This document shows, piece by piece, positions 8,556 to 15,606 of a stretch of 64,000 nt of DNA; position 1 is the first letter of the stretch, and each line of letters starts with the position of its first letter. The position numbers and the translations under genes are program-made. The notes under the pieces were generated by a model. It was given only the letters and a program-made list of their open reading frames with translations. It searched no databases and was not told the origin of the DNA. Origin of the DNA: Phycisphaerae bacterium (GTDB lineage: Bacteria > Planctomycetota > Phycisphaerae > SM23-33); NCBI GenBank assembly GCA_041687095.1, contig JAWLCQ010000002.1, forward strand, positions 28,671 through 92,670, given 5' to 3'.

Positions 8556-10195
8556 GCGTTGGGCGCGTCTATCTCGTCGGTGCGGGCCCGGGGGATCCGG
8601 GCCTGTTCACCCTTCGCGGGGCGCAGTTGCTCGCCCTCGCCGACGCCGTCGTCTACGATCGCCTCGTCCCGCCCTCGCTGCTCGATCTCTGCCGCCCCGA
8701 CGCCCAGCGGATCTACGTCGGGAAGCGCCCCGACGCGCACACGCTCCCGCAGGAGCGGATCAACGCCCTGCTCGTCGAACTCGCCCGCGAGGGCAAATGC
8801 GTCGTGCGGCTCAAGGGGGGGGATCCGTTCGTGTTCGGGCGCGGAGGGGAGGAGGCCGCCGAACTCGCCGATGCGGGCATCCCCTTCGAGGTCGTCCCCG
8901 GGGTGACGGCCGGCATCGCGGCGCCGGCGTATGCGGGCATCCCCGTTACTGATCGCCGCTGCGCGGGGGCTTTCGCCCTCATCACCGGGCACGAGACGCC
9001 CGATCGCGAGGGCTCGCTGCTGGACTGGGGCGCCTTGGCGAAGTTCCCGGGGACGCTGGCGTTCTACATGGGCGTGGGGCGCCTGGCGGAGATCTGCGAG
9101 CGGCTGATCACGGCGGGCAGGTCGCCCGACACGCCCGCGGGCGTCATTGAGCAGGGCACGACGGTGCGGCAGCGGACGGTGACGGGCACGTTGGTCACGC
9201 TGCCCGACGCGGTGCGGGAGGCAAGCATTGCCCCCCCCGCCATGATCGTCGTCGGGGAGGTCGTCGGCCTGCGCGAGCACCTGGCGTGGTTCGAGAAGCG
9301 CCCGCTCTTCGGGCAGTGCATCGCCGTCACCCGCGCCCGCCAGCAGGCCGGGCCCATGATCGACCAGCTCCGCGAGTTGGGGGCGGAGGTTCTCGAAACC
9401 CCCGCCATCCGCATCGCACCGCCCGAAGACCCCGCCCCCCTCGCCGCCGCCGTGCACACGGCGTGCGAGGGCGGGTTCGACTGGATCGTCTTCACCAGCG
9501 TCAACGCGGTGGATGCGTTCTTCACAGCGCTGGCGGAGCCGGATGCAAGCGAAGCCCGCGAGCCCTGTAAGGCCATCTCCCCGACGCAGTCGGGGGGCGT
9601 TGCAGACGCGCGGGATCGCGAACCCCGGTGCGGGGCGAGATCGACTCCGCCCCTCGACGCCCGCGCCCTGCACAGGGTCCGCCTGTGCGCAATCGGGCCC
9701 GTCACCGCTGATCGCCTGCGGGCGTACGGCCTGCGGGCCGATGCGGTCCCCGCCCGCTTCGTCTCCACGGAGATCGCCCCGCTGCTGGTGACGACGGGGG
9801 AGCTACGGAACCAGCGGGTGCTGCTCCCGCGGAGCGATCTCGCCCCGCCCGACCTCGCCCGCGCCCTCACCGCCCGCGGGGCCCGTGTCACCGATGTCAT
9901 CGCCTACCGCACCCTCTCCGATCCGGGTGCGTGCGCCCCGCTCGTCGAGCGCCTCGCGGAGGGGACGGTGGACTGGATCACCTTCACCAGTTCGTCCACC
10001 GTCACCCACCTCCTCGCCGCCGTCGGACCCGACGCCGTCGCCCGCTCCCGCGCCCGCCTCGCCAGCATCGGGCCCACCACCTCCCAGACGCTCCGCGAAA
10101 ATGGCCTCTGCCCGGCCGTAGAGGCCGATCCGCATACCGGCGCGGCCCTCGTAACCGCTATACTGGAGGCACGAATGCGGGAGGCGACGGAGTGA
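8552..10195 (+). CDS. cobA-hemD: Bifunctional uroporphyrinogen-III C-methyltransferase / uroporphyrinogen-III synthase
   Basis: GTG start overlapping the hemC stop (GTGA). GRVYLVGAGPGDPGL, VRLKGGDPFVFGRGGEE, VVPGVTA; HemD half IAVTRA, DWIVFTSVNAV, WITFTSSSTV, ASIGPTTS. Confidence 0.94.
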   Translation: MSVGRVYLVGAGPGDPGLFTLRGAQLLALADAVVYDRLVPPSLLDLCRPDAQRIYVGKRPDAHTLPQERINALLVELAREGKCVVRLKGGDPFVFGRGGEEAAELADAGIPFEVVPGVTAGIAAPAYAGIPVTDRRCAGAFALITGHETPDREGSLLDWGALAKFPGTLAFYMGVGRLAEICERLITAGRSPDTPAGVIEQGTTVRQRTVTGTLVTLPDAVREASIAPPAMIVVGEVVGLREHLAWFEKRPLFGQCIAVTRARQQAGPMIDQLRELGAEVLETPAIRIAPPEDPAPLAAAVHTACEGGFDWIVFTSVNAVDAFFTALAEPDASEAREPCKAISPTQSGGVADARDREPRCGARSTPPLDARALHRVRLCAIGPVTADRLRAYGLRADAVPARFVSTEIAPLLVTTGELRNQRVLLPRSDLAPPDLARALTARGARVTDVIAYRTLSDPGACAPLVERLAEGTVDWITFTSSSTVTHLLAAVGPDAVARSRARLASIGPTTSQTLRENGLCPAVEADPHTGAALVTAILEARMREATE

Positions 10196-11475
10196 TCGGA
10201 ATCTCAAAACTCTACTGCGGCAGCATCGAGCCCTCCGACGCCCTGCGCTATGGGAGCGCAGAGGAGGTCCGCGGCGGCGCTTCCAACGGACGGACTGCGC
10301 ATCCCACCGACGCCGTCGGTGGGCTTGCCGCCGATCCCCACGGACGGTCGGAGCACGGGGCTCGCCACCATCGTCCCCCGCGCGAGCGCAAGCCCGTTGT
10401 CGTCTGGAACTGCACCCCCCGCTGCAACCTCCGCTGCGTACACTGCTACTCCCACAGCGACCCGGCCCGCACGGCGGCCGAACTGTCCACCACCCAGGCC
10501 GAGGCCATGTTCTCCGACCTCGCCGCCTTCGGGGCCCCCGTGATCCTCTTCTCCGGCGGCGAGCCGCTCCTCCGCCCCGACCTGCTGCCCCTCATCGAGC
10601 GGGCGTCGCGGCTGGGCTTGCGGACGGTCGTGTCCACCAACGGAACGCTGCTGACCCCCGACCTCGCCGCCCGCCTCCGCGACGCGGGCATTGCCTACGT
10701 GGGCGTTTCGCTCGACGGGGTGGGGGCGGCCAATGACCGCTTCCGCGGCGTGGACGGAGCGTTCGAGCGGGCGCTTGCGGGCATCCGCCACTGCCGATCC
10801 GCCGGGGTCCGCACCGGCCTGCGCTTCACCGTCACCCGCCGCAACCTCCCCGAGGTGCCCGGTGTGCTGGACCTGCTCGCCCGCGAGGGCATTCCCCGCG
10901 CGTGCTTCTACCACCTGGTCTATGCGGGGCGGGGTTCGGACCTCGTCGGTGAGGACCTCGACGGGGCTCAGACGCGCGCCCTGCTGGATCTGCTCATCGA
11001 TCGCACGGCCGCCATGCACCGCAGCGGGCACCCCGTCGAGGTCCTCACCGTCAACAACGCCGCCGACGGGCCCTACGTCTACCTCCGCATGCTCCGCGAG
11101 GGGCACGCGCGGGCGGGGGAGGCGCTGTCGCTGCTGCGGCGAAGCGGGGGGGATGCGACGGGCAGCGGGATCGCGTGCGTGTCGTGGGACGGGACGGTCC
11201 ACCCCAGCCAGTTCTGGCGGGGCGTGTCGCTGGGCAACGTCACCGAGCGCCCGCTGTCGCAGATCTGGACGGACCCGTCCATCGAGCTGTTGGCGAAGCT
11301 GCGGGACAAGCCCGCCCACGTGCACGGGCGCTGCGAGCGCTGCCGCTTCCTGCCCGTGTGCGGCGGCAACTCCCGCATCCGCGCCGAGGCGGTGACGGGC
11401 GACCTGTGGGCGTGCGACCCGGCATGCTACCTCACCGACGACGAGATCGCCGGCGACCTCCCGGCGGATCGCTAG
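10192..11475 (+). CDS. ahbC: Radical SAM/SPASM protein, Fe-coproporphyrin III synthase AhbC/NirJ1 type
   Basis: GTG start; N-terminus IGISKLYCGSIEPSDALRYG characteristic of AhbC; KPVVVWNCTPRCNLRCVHCY (CxxxCxxC), SGGEPLLR, C-terminal GRCERCRFLPVCGGNSRIRAEAVTGDLWACDPACY. Confidence 0.9.
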   Translation: MIGISKLYCGSIEPSDALRYGSAEEVRGGASNGRTAHPTDAVGGLAADPHGRSEHGARHHRPPRERKPVVVWNCTPRCNLRCVHCYSHSDPARTAAELSTTQAEAMFSDLAAFGAPVILFSGGEPLLRPDLLPLIERASRLGLRTVVSTNGTLLTPDLAARLRDAGIAYVGVSLDGVGAANDRFRGVDGAFERALAGIRHCRSAGVRTGLRFTVTRRNLPEVPGVLDLLAREGIPRACFYHLVYAGRGSDLVGEDLDGAQTRALLDLLIDRTAAMHRSGHPVEVLTVNNAADGPYVYLRMLREGHARAGEALSLLRRSGGDATGSGIACVSWDGTVHPSQFWRGVSLGNVTERPLSQIWTDPSIELLAKLRDKPAHVHGRCERCRFLPVCGGNSRIRAEAVTGDLWACDPACYLTDDEIAGDLPADR

Positions 11476-11480
11476 CGCCT

Positions 11481-14258
11481 GTAAGCGAGCAATCGAAAAT
11501 CGACAATCGAAACTCGAAAACCTCCCCCCCTCGCCTGGTCGCCTGGGAACTCACGCAGGCCTGCCCCCTGCACTGCCGCCACTGCCGCGCCGCCGCGTCG
11601 GCGGCGCCCGGTCCGGGCGAACTCACCACCGCCGAGGGCTTCGCCCTGCTGGAGAACCTCGCCTCCCTCACCGTCGGGGCCCCGAGCATGGCCGAGACGG
11701 CCATGCGACACACGGGCGAGACGCCCGTGCCACGAACAGCGCCGCCACACACGGGCGAGACCCCCGTGCCACAAGCGCACGCCGCCCAACCGCCCCCGCT
11801 GATCCTCATCCTCACCGGCGGCGAACCGCTCCTCCGCCCCGACGTCTACGAACTCGCCGCCCGCGGAACCCAACTGGGCCTGCGGGTGGTGCTCGCGACG
11901 TGCGGGTCGCTGCTGGACGACGCGACGGTCTCGCGGCTGTTGGCGGCGGGCGTGCGGCGGGTGTCGATCTCGCTTGACGGAGCGTCGGCCGAGACGCACG
12001 ATGCCTTCCGCGGGGTCCCCGGGGCGTTCGACGGGGCGATGCGGGGCATCGCGGCCGCCCGGCGCGGCGGGCTGGAGTTCCAGGTCAACACCACCGTCAC
12101 CCGCGACAACCGCGACGAACTCCCCGCCATCCTCGACCTCGCCCGGCGGCTGGGCGCGGTCACGTTCAACCCGTTCCTGCTCGTTCCCACCGGCCGGGGG
12201 CGGGAGATGGCCGACCGCGAGCTGTCCCCCACGGACTACGAGCGCACGCTCGCGTGGCTGTCCGACCGCGAGGACGACGCGGGCCTCCCCATCCGTGTCA
12301 CGTGCGCTCCGCACTACCAGCGGATCCGTGCGCGTCGCAGGCAGGGGAAAAGGGGACAGGCACCTGCGGGGCCAACAACGCCCCCCTCCGGAGCCAGTCC
12401 CCTTTTTCCCGACGCAGTCCGGGACCGTTCGGAAGGCGCGTGCGGTGGATACCCGCACGCGCGAGGCGGACCGCACGCGGTGTCGGGCGGGTGCCTGGGC
12501 GGGAAGTCCTTTGCGTTCGTTTCGCACGACGGGAAGGTCCGCATCTGCGGGTTCCTGGACGTGGACGCGGGGGACCTGCGGGAGGTGGGGATGGACTTTG
12601 GTTCCATCTGGGAGACCGCCGAACTCTTCCGCCGCGTCCGCGACGTGAGCGGGTACGGTGGGAAGTGCGGGGCGTGCGAGTACGTCCGCACCTGCGGCGG
12701 TTGCCGCGCGCGGGCGTACGCGATGACCGGCGATTACCTCGCGGAGGAGCCCTTCTGCCTCTACCGCCCGGCCGCAATGCGGACCTCCGAGCGCTTCTCC
12801 CCCGGGGGAGACGAGGTCGCGCAGCGCGCGCCCCAGCTCTGCTCCCCCGGGGAGGGTGAACCCTTCTCCCCTGGGGGAGAAGATGTCCCGAGCGAAGTCG
12901 AGGGACAGATGAGGGGGCGCCTGGAGGACCAGCTGGCGCTGGATACGGGCAACGCCCCTTCCACTGGTGCGGGCCGGGGGGCTTGCGGGCCGTCTCAGAC
13001 CTCCGGGCGCCCCCTCACCCCCCTCGCTGCGCTCGGGGACCTCTCCCCGGGGGGAGAGGGGTTAGAACCGCTCTCCTCTAAGGGAGAGGGGTCAGAACCG
13101 TTCCCCTCTAAGGGCGAGGGGGCAGAACCGTCCCCGTCTACGGGAGAGGGGTTGGACGCCGCCGATCGCGCCATGCTGACCGCTGCCCAGGAGGGCCTGG
13201 CGATCGTCGAGCGCCCGTTCGAGGAACTCGCTCGTCGCGTGGGCCTCGCCGAGTCGCAGGTGCTGGATCGCCTGCGATCGCTGCAGGGCCGGGGGCTCGT
13301 CCGCCGGATCGGGGCCGTCTTCGACTCCCGCCGCCTCGGGTACGCCACCGCCCTCGTCGCCGCCCGCGTCCCGACCGAACGCCTCGATCGCGTCGCCGCC
13401 GTCGTCAGTGAGCACCCGGGCGTGACGCACAACTACGCCCGCGACCACGCGTACCGCCTCTGGTTCACCCTCGCCGCCCCCTCGCCCGAGGCGCTGCGGG
13501 AGACCCTGGGCGACCTCCGCGAACGAACCGGGGTCGCCGAGATGTACCTCCTGCCTGCCACGCGAACCTACAAGATCCGCGTCGCCCTGGCACCGACGGG
13601 GAACGGTGAGGGCGATCCACGGCAGTCGAGCGAGGAGCCAGCGGATGCAAGGGATGGGGGATCGGAGCGGGCGGCAGAGCGGAAGACGCCTCAACACCGA
13701 AGCGATCCTCACCACGCCCGGTGTCCGGTAACGCCCTCCGACTGCGTCGAGAGGGCCGCGCGGACGCAGCCCGTGACCGAGAGCGACAAGCGCCTCGTCC
13801 GTGCGATGGAGGAACTCCCGCTCATCGAGCGTCCCTTCGCGGAGGCCGCGTCGCGGGGGGGGCTGTCCGAGGCGGAGGTGCTGGAGCGCCTGCGGGCGTG
13901 GCAGCGGTCGGGCGTGCTCCGCCGCCTCGCCGCCCTCGTCGCCCATCGCCGCATCGGGTATTCCGCCAACGGCATGGCCGTGCTGCGCGTGCCCCCCGCC
14001 CACCGCGACGCCGCCGGGGCCCTCCTCGCCGCCCGCCCCCAGGTGACGCACTGCTTCGCCCGCCCCTCGCCCCCGGGCATGGACTTCAACCTCTACGCCA
14101 TGTTCCACGGGGCGGCGCCGGAGGAGGTCCGCGCAGCCGTGGCGGACGCCATCGCGGACATCGCCCGCGTCGTGGGCGAACCGGTCCCGCACGAACTGCT
14201 GTTCTCGACCCGCGAGTTCAAGAAGACGTCCATGCGCTACTTCACCGAGCCCCCGTAG
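11481..14258 (+). CDS. ahbD-ahbA-ahbB: Single ORF encoding AhbD (radical SAM heme synthase) plus AhbA and AhbB (siroheme decarboxylase, Lrp/AsnC-like halves); start uncertain
   Basis: PRLVAWELTQACPLHCRHC, TGGEPLLR, VTCAPHY, CLGGKSFAFVSHDGKVRICGF, CGACEYVRTCGGCRARAY..EEPFCLY. No stop follows before LDAADRAML...ERPFEELARRVG...RRIGAVFDSRRLG...HNYARDH (AhbA) and SDKRLV...ERPFAEA...RRLAALVAHRRIGYSANGM...LFSTREFKKTSMRYF (AhbB). The nearest in-frame ATG is 11424, inside ahbC. Confidence 0.85.
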   Translation, partial: VSEQSKIDNRNSKTSPPRLVAWELTQACPLHCRHCRAAASAAPGPGELTTAEGFALLENLASLTVGAPSMAETAMRHTGETPVPRTAPPHTGETPVPQAHAAQPPPLILILTGGEPLLRPDVYELAARGTQLGLRVVLATCGSLLDDATVSRLLAAGVRRVSISLDGASAETHDAFRGVPGAFDGAMRGIAAARRGGLEFQVNTTVTRDNRDELPAILDLARRLGAVTFNPFLLVPTGRGREMADRELSPTDYERTLAWLSDREDDAGLPIRVTCAPHYQRIRARRRQGKRGQAPAGPTTPPSGASPLFPDAVRDRSEGACGGYPHARGGPHAVSGGCLGGKSFAFVSHDGKVRICGFLDVDAGDLREVGMDFGSIWETAELFRRVRDVSGYGGKCGACEYVRTCGGCRARAYAMTGDYLAEEPFCLYRPAAMRTSERFSPGGDEVAQRAPQLCSPGEGEPFSPGGEDVPSEVEGQMRGRLEDQLALDTGNAPSTGAGRGACGPSQTSGRPLTPLAALGDLSPGGEGLEPLSSKGEGSEPFPSKGEGAEPSPSTGEGLDAADRAMLTAAQEGLAIVERPFEELARRVGLAESQVLDRLRSLQGRGLVRRIGAVFDSRRLGYATALVAARVPTERLDRVAAVVSEHPGVTHNYARDHAYRLWFTLAAPSPEALRETLGDLRERTGVAEMYLLPATRTYKIRVALAPTGNGEGDPRQSSEEPADARDGGSERAAERKTPQHRSDPHHARCPVTPSDCVERAARTQPVTESDKRLVRAMEELPLIERPFAEAASRGGLSEAEVLERLRAWQRSGVLRRLAALVAHRRIGYSANGMAVLRVPPAHRDAAGALLAARPQVTHCFARPSPPGMDFNLYAMFHGAAPEEVRAAVADAIADIARVVGEPVPHELLFSTREFKKTSMRYFTEPP
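11491..11518 (+). repeat. Heptamer tandem repeat (AATCGA[A/C])n at the 5' end of ahbD
   Basis: AATCGAA AATCGAC AATCGAA ACTCGAA. Confidence 0.8.
11686..11772 (+). repeat. Three REP-like hairpins in-frame in ahbD
   Basis: GCATGGCCGAGACGGCCATGC (11686-11706), CACACGGGCGAGACGCCCGTGCCAC (11709-11733), CACACGGGCGAGACCCCCGTGCCAC (11748-11772). Confidence 0.85.
12344..12410. repeat. Inverted-repeat element in-frame in ahbD
   Basis: GGGAAAAGGGGACAGGCACC ... GGAGCCAGTCCCCTTTTTCCC; encodes GKRGQAP...GASPLFP. Confidence 0.8.
12793..13063 (+). repeat. Same palindromic element, copy 2, in the AhbD-AhbA linker
   Basis: Shares GAACCCTTCTCCCCTGGGGGAGAAGATGTC, GACAGATGAGGGGGCGC, GACCTCCGGGCGCCCCCTCACC.CCCTCGCTGCGCTCGGG.ACCTCTCCCCG with the hemA copy. 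Confidence 0.85.
13064..13153 (+). repeat. 3 x 30-bp tandem hairpin repeat
   Basis: AGAACCGCTCTCCTCTAAGGGAGAGGGGTC / AGAACCGTTCCCCTCTAAGGGCGAGGGGGC / AGAACCGTCCCCGTCTACGGGAGAGGGGTT. Confidence 0.9.
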
Positions 14259-14347
14259 CGTTCAGGGTTGAACGGAGCGAAGGCCAGCGGAACGGGACTG
14301 GGCGCGGCGGATTGAAGGACGCTGGGAGCCCCGTTCCTCGGCGGGCG

Positions 14348-14509
14348 CTACTGCAGGTCAGCCTTCTTGACCTTCGTGGACTTCGCGAGCACGTCCACGA
14401 GTTCGGACTTCTTCATGGACTTCTTCGCCCCTGCGATGTTGTTCTTGTCGGCGAGGGAGAGAAGGACGTCCTTGGACTTCTGTTCGAGCATCTCCGCTTT
14501 GGTCGGCAT
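14348..14509 (-). CDS. 53-aa Lys-rich small protein, Rho_N/HeH-like
   Basis: Below the track cutoff. MPTKAEMLEQKSKDVLLSLADKNNIAGAKKSMKKSELVDVLAKSTKVKKADLQ*. Strong SD AAAGGAG 8 nt upstream; the L..LA....I.G...MKK.ELV..L pattern resembles Rho termination factor N-terminal domains. Confidence 0.7.
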   Translation of the reverse strand: MPTKAEMLEQKSKDVLLSLADKNNIAGAKKSMKKSELVDVLAKSTKVKKADLQ

Positions 14510-14705
14510 GGGTGGCTCCTTTCGTCACCGTGGCGTGTGTGGAGGACCCGCTCCGTGCGGGCCTCGAAGGATGCACTTGCGTCACTCTATGGGGCTTGTC
14601 TGCGGAATTCAGGGAAAACGCCGAGGGATGCTGCATCTGGTGTAGGAATCGTGCGCGGATCCCACCGATGGCACGGGGGGGGGGGCGCCGAAGGGCGCAT
14701 CAGCG

Positions 14706-15383
14706 TCAGTGTGCGCCAAGGGCGGCGCCGGCGGCGTCGAGGAGGAACTTGCCGCCGAACCCCACCATCGCCAGCCCGCACACCGCCAGAAGGACTGTCT
14801 GCACGCGGCCCTTGAGCAGCCGCGCTCCGTAGTGGCTGGACACGCTGAGCACCTCCAGCCAGAGCAGGTCCAGCGTCCAGTGCAGGGCGGCGAAGATCAC
14901 GAACGCCGCCAGTCCCAGCCGCGCCGCCTCCGTCACCAGCGCCAGCCCGGCCGTCACCCACCACACGAGGAAGTACGGGTTCGCCGCCGTCAGCGCCACG
15001 CCCGTCACGAGAGGGTGGCGGCGGAGGGGGGGAGGGTTCCCCGGCGCGGCGGCGGGGGTTGCCCGTCGCAGGCCCCACAGCATCGACGCGCCCAGGAACA
15101 GCAGCACCAGCCCCCCCACGAGCCCGATCCCCACCCGCACGTCCGTCCGCCGCAGCACCTCCTGCACGCCCAGGTCCATCGCCCCCGCGACCCCGCGGAC
15201 GGTGAGCAGGATGAGGACCATGAGGGGCAGTTCAATGAGGGCGTGCCCGACGGCGAGGTGCAGCCCGGCGTGACGGCGGCGGAGGCCGTGCTCGACCGTG
15301 GCGGCCGTCATCGGCCCCGGGGCCAGCACGCCCGACAGCGAGATCCCAACCGCCTGGATGAGGAACGCGAGCGTAGGGGACAT
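14706..15383 (-). CDS. LysE/RhtB family translocator
   Basis: ISLSGVLAPGPMTAAT, GHALIELP, LTAANPYFLVWW; hydrophobic segments. Confidence 0.88.
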   Translation of the reverse strand: MSPTLAFLIQAVGISLSGVLAPGPMTAATVEHGLRRRHAGLHLAVGHALIELPLMVLILLTVRGVAGAMDLGVQEVLRRTDVRVGIGLVGGLVLLFLGASMLWGLRRATPAAAPGNPPPLRRHPLVTGVALTAANPYFLVWWVTAGLALVTEAARLGLAAFVIFAALHWTLDLLWLEVLSVSSHYGARLLKGRVQTVLLAVCGLAMVGFGGKFLLDAAGAALGAH

Positions 15384-15606
15384 GGCGGGATTGTACCGGA
15401 GGACGGGGATCGGAATGACGGAAAGTCTGGAATCCACTGGCCTTTGGACGCCATAATCGGGGACATTCAAGAGCGTCTGGAACCGCAGTACCTCGCCACA
15501 CGTTTGGAGGAATCCAGGCGCGGACCGGACCGGGACCGTGGGTGATTTCGCCGTCGCCCGCGGTTGGTGCTGCGCGCACCGAAGGCCACCACAGCAGGGA
15601 CCCCCA

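Noticed and set aside
13064-13153. 30-bp repeats as a mini CRISPR array
   Set aside because: The units are directly adjacent with no spacers, lie in a coding frame, and no cas genes are present.
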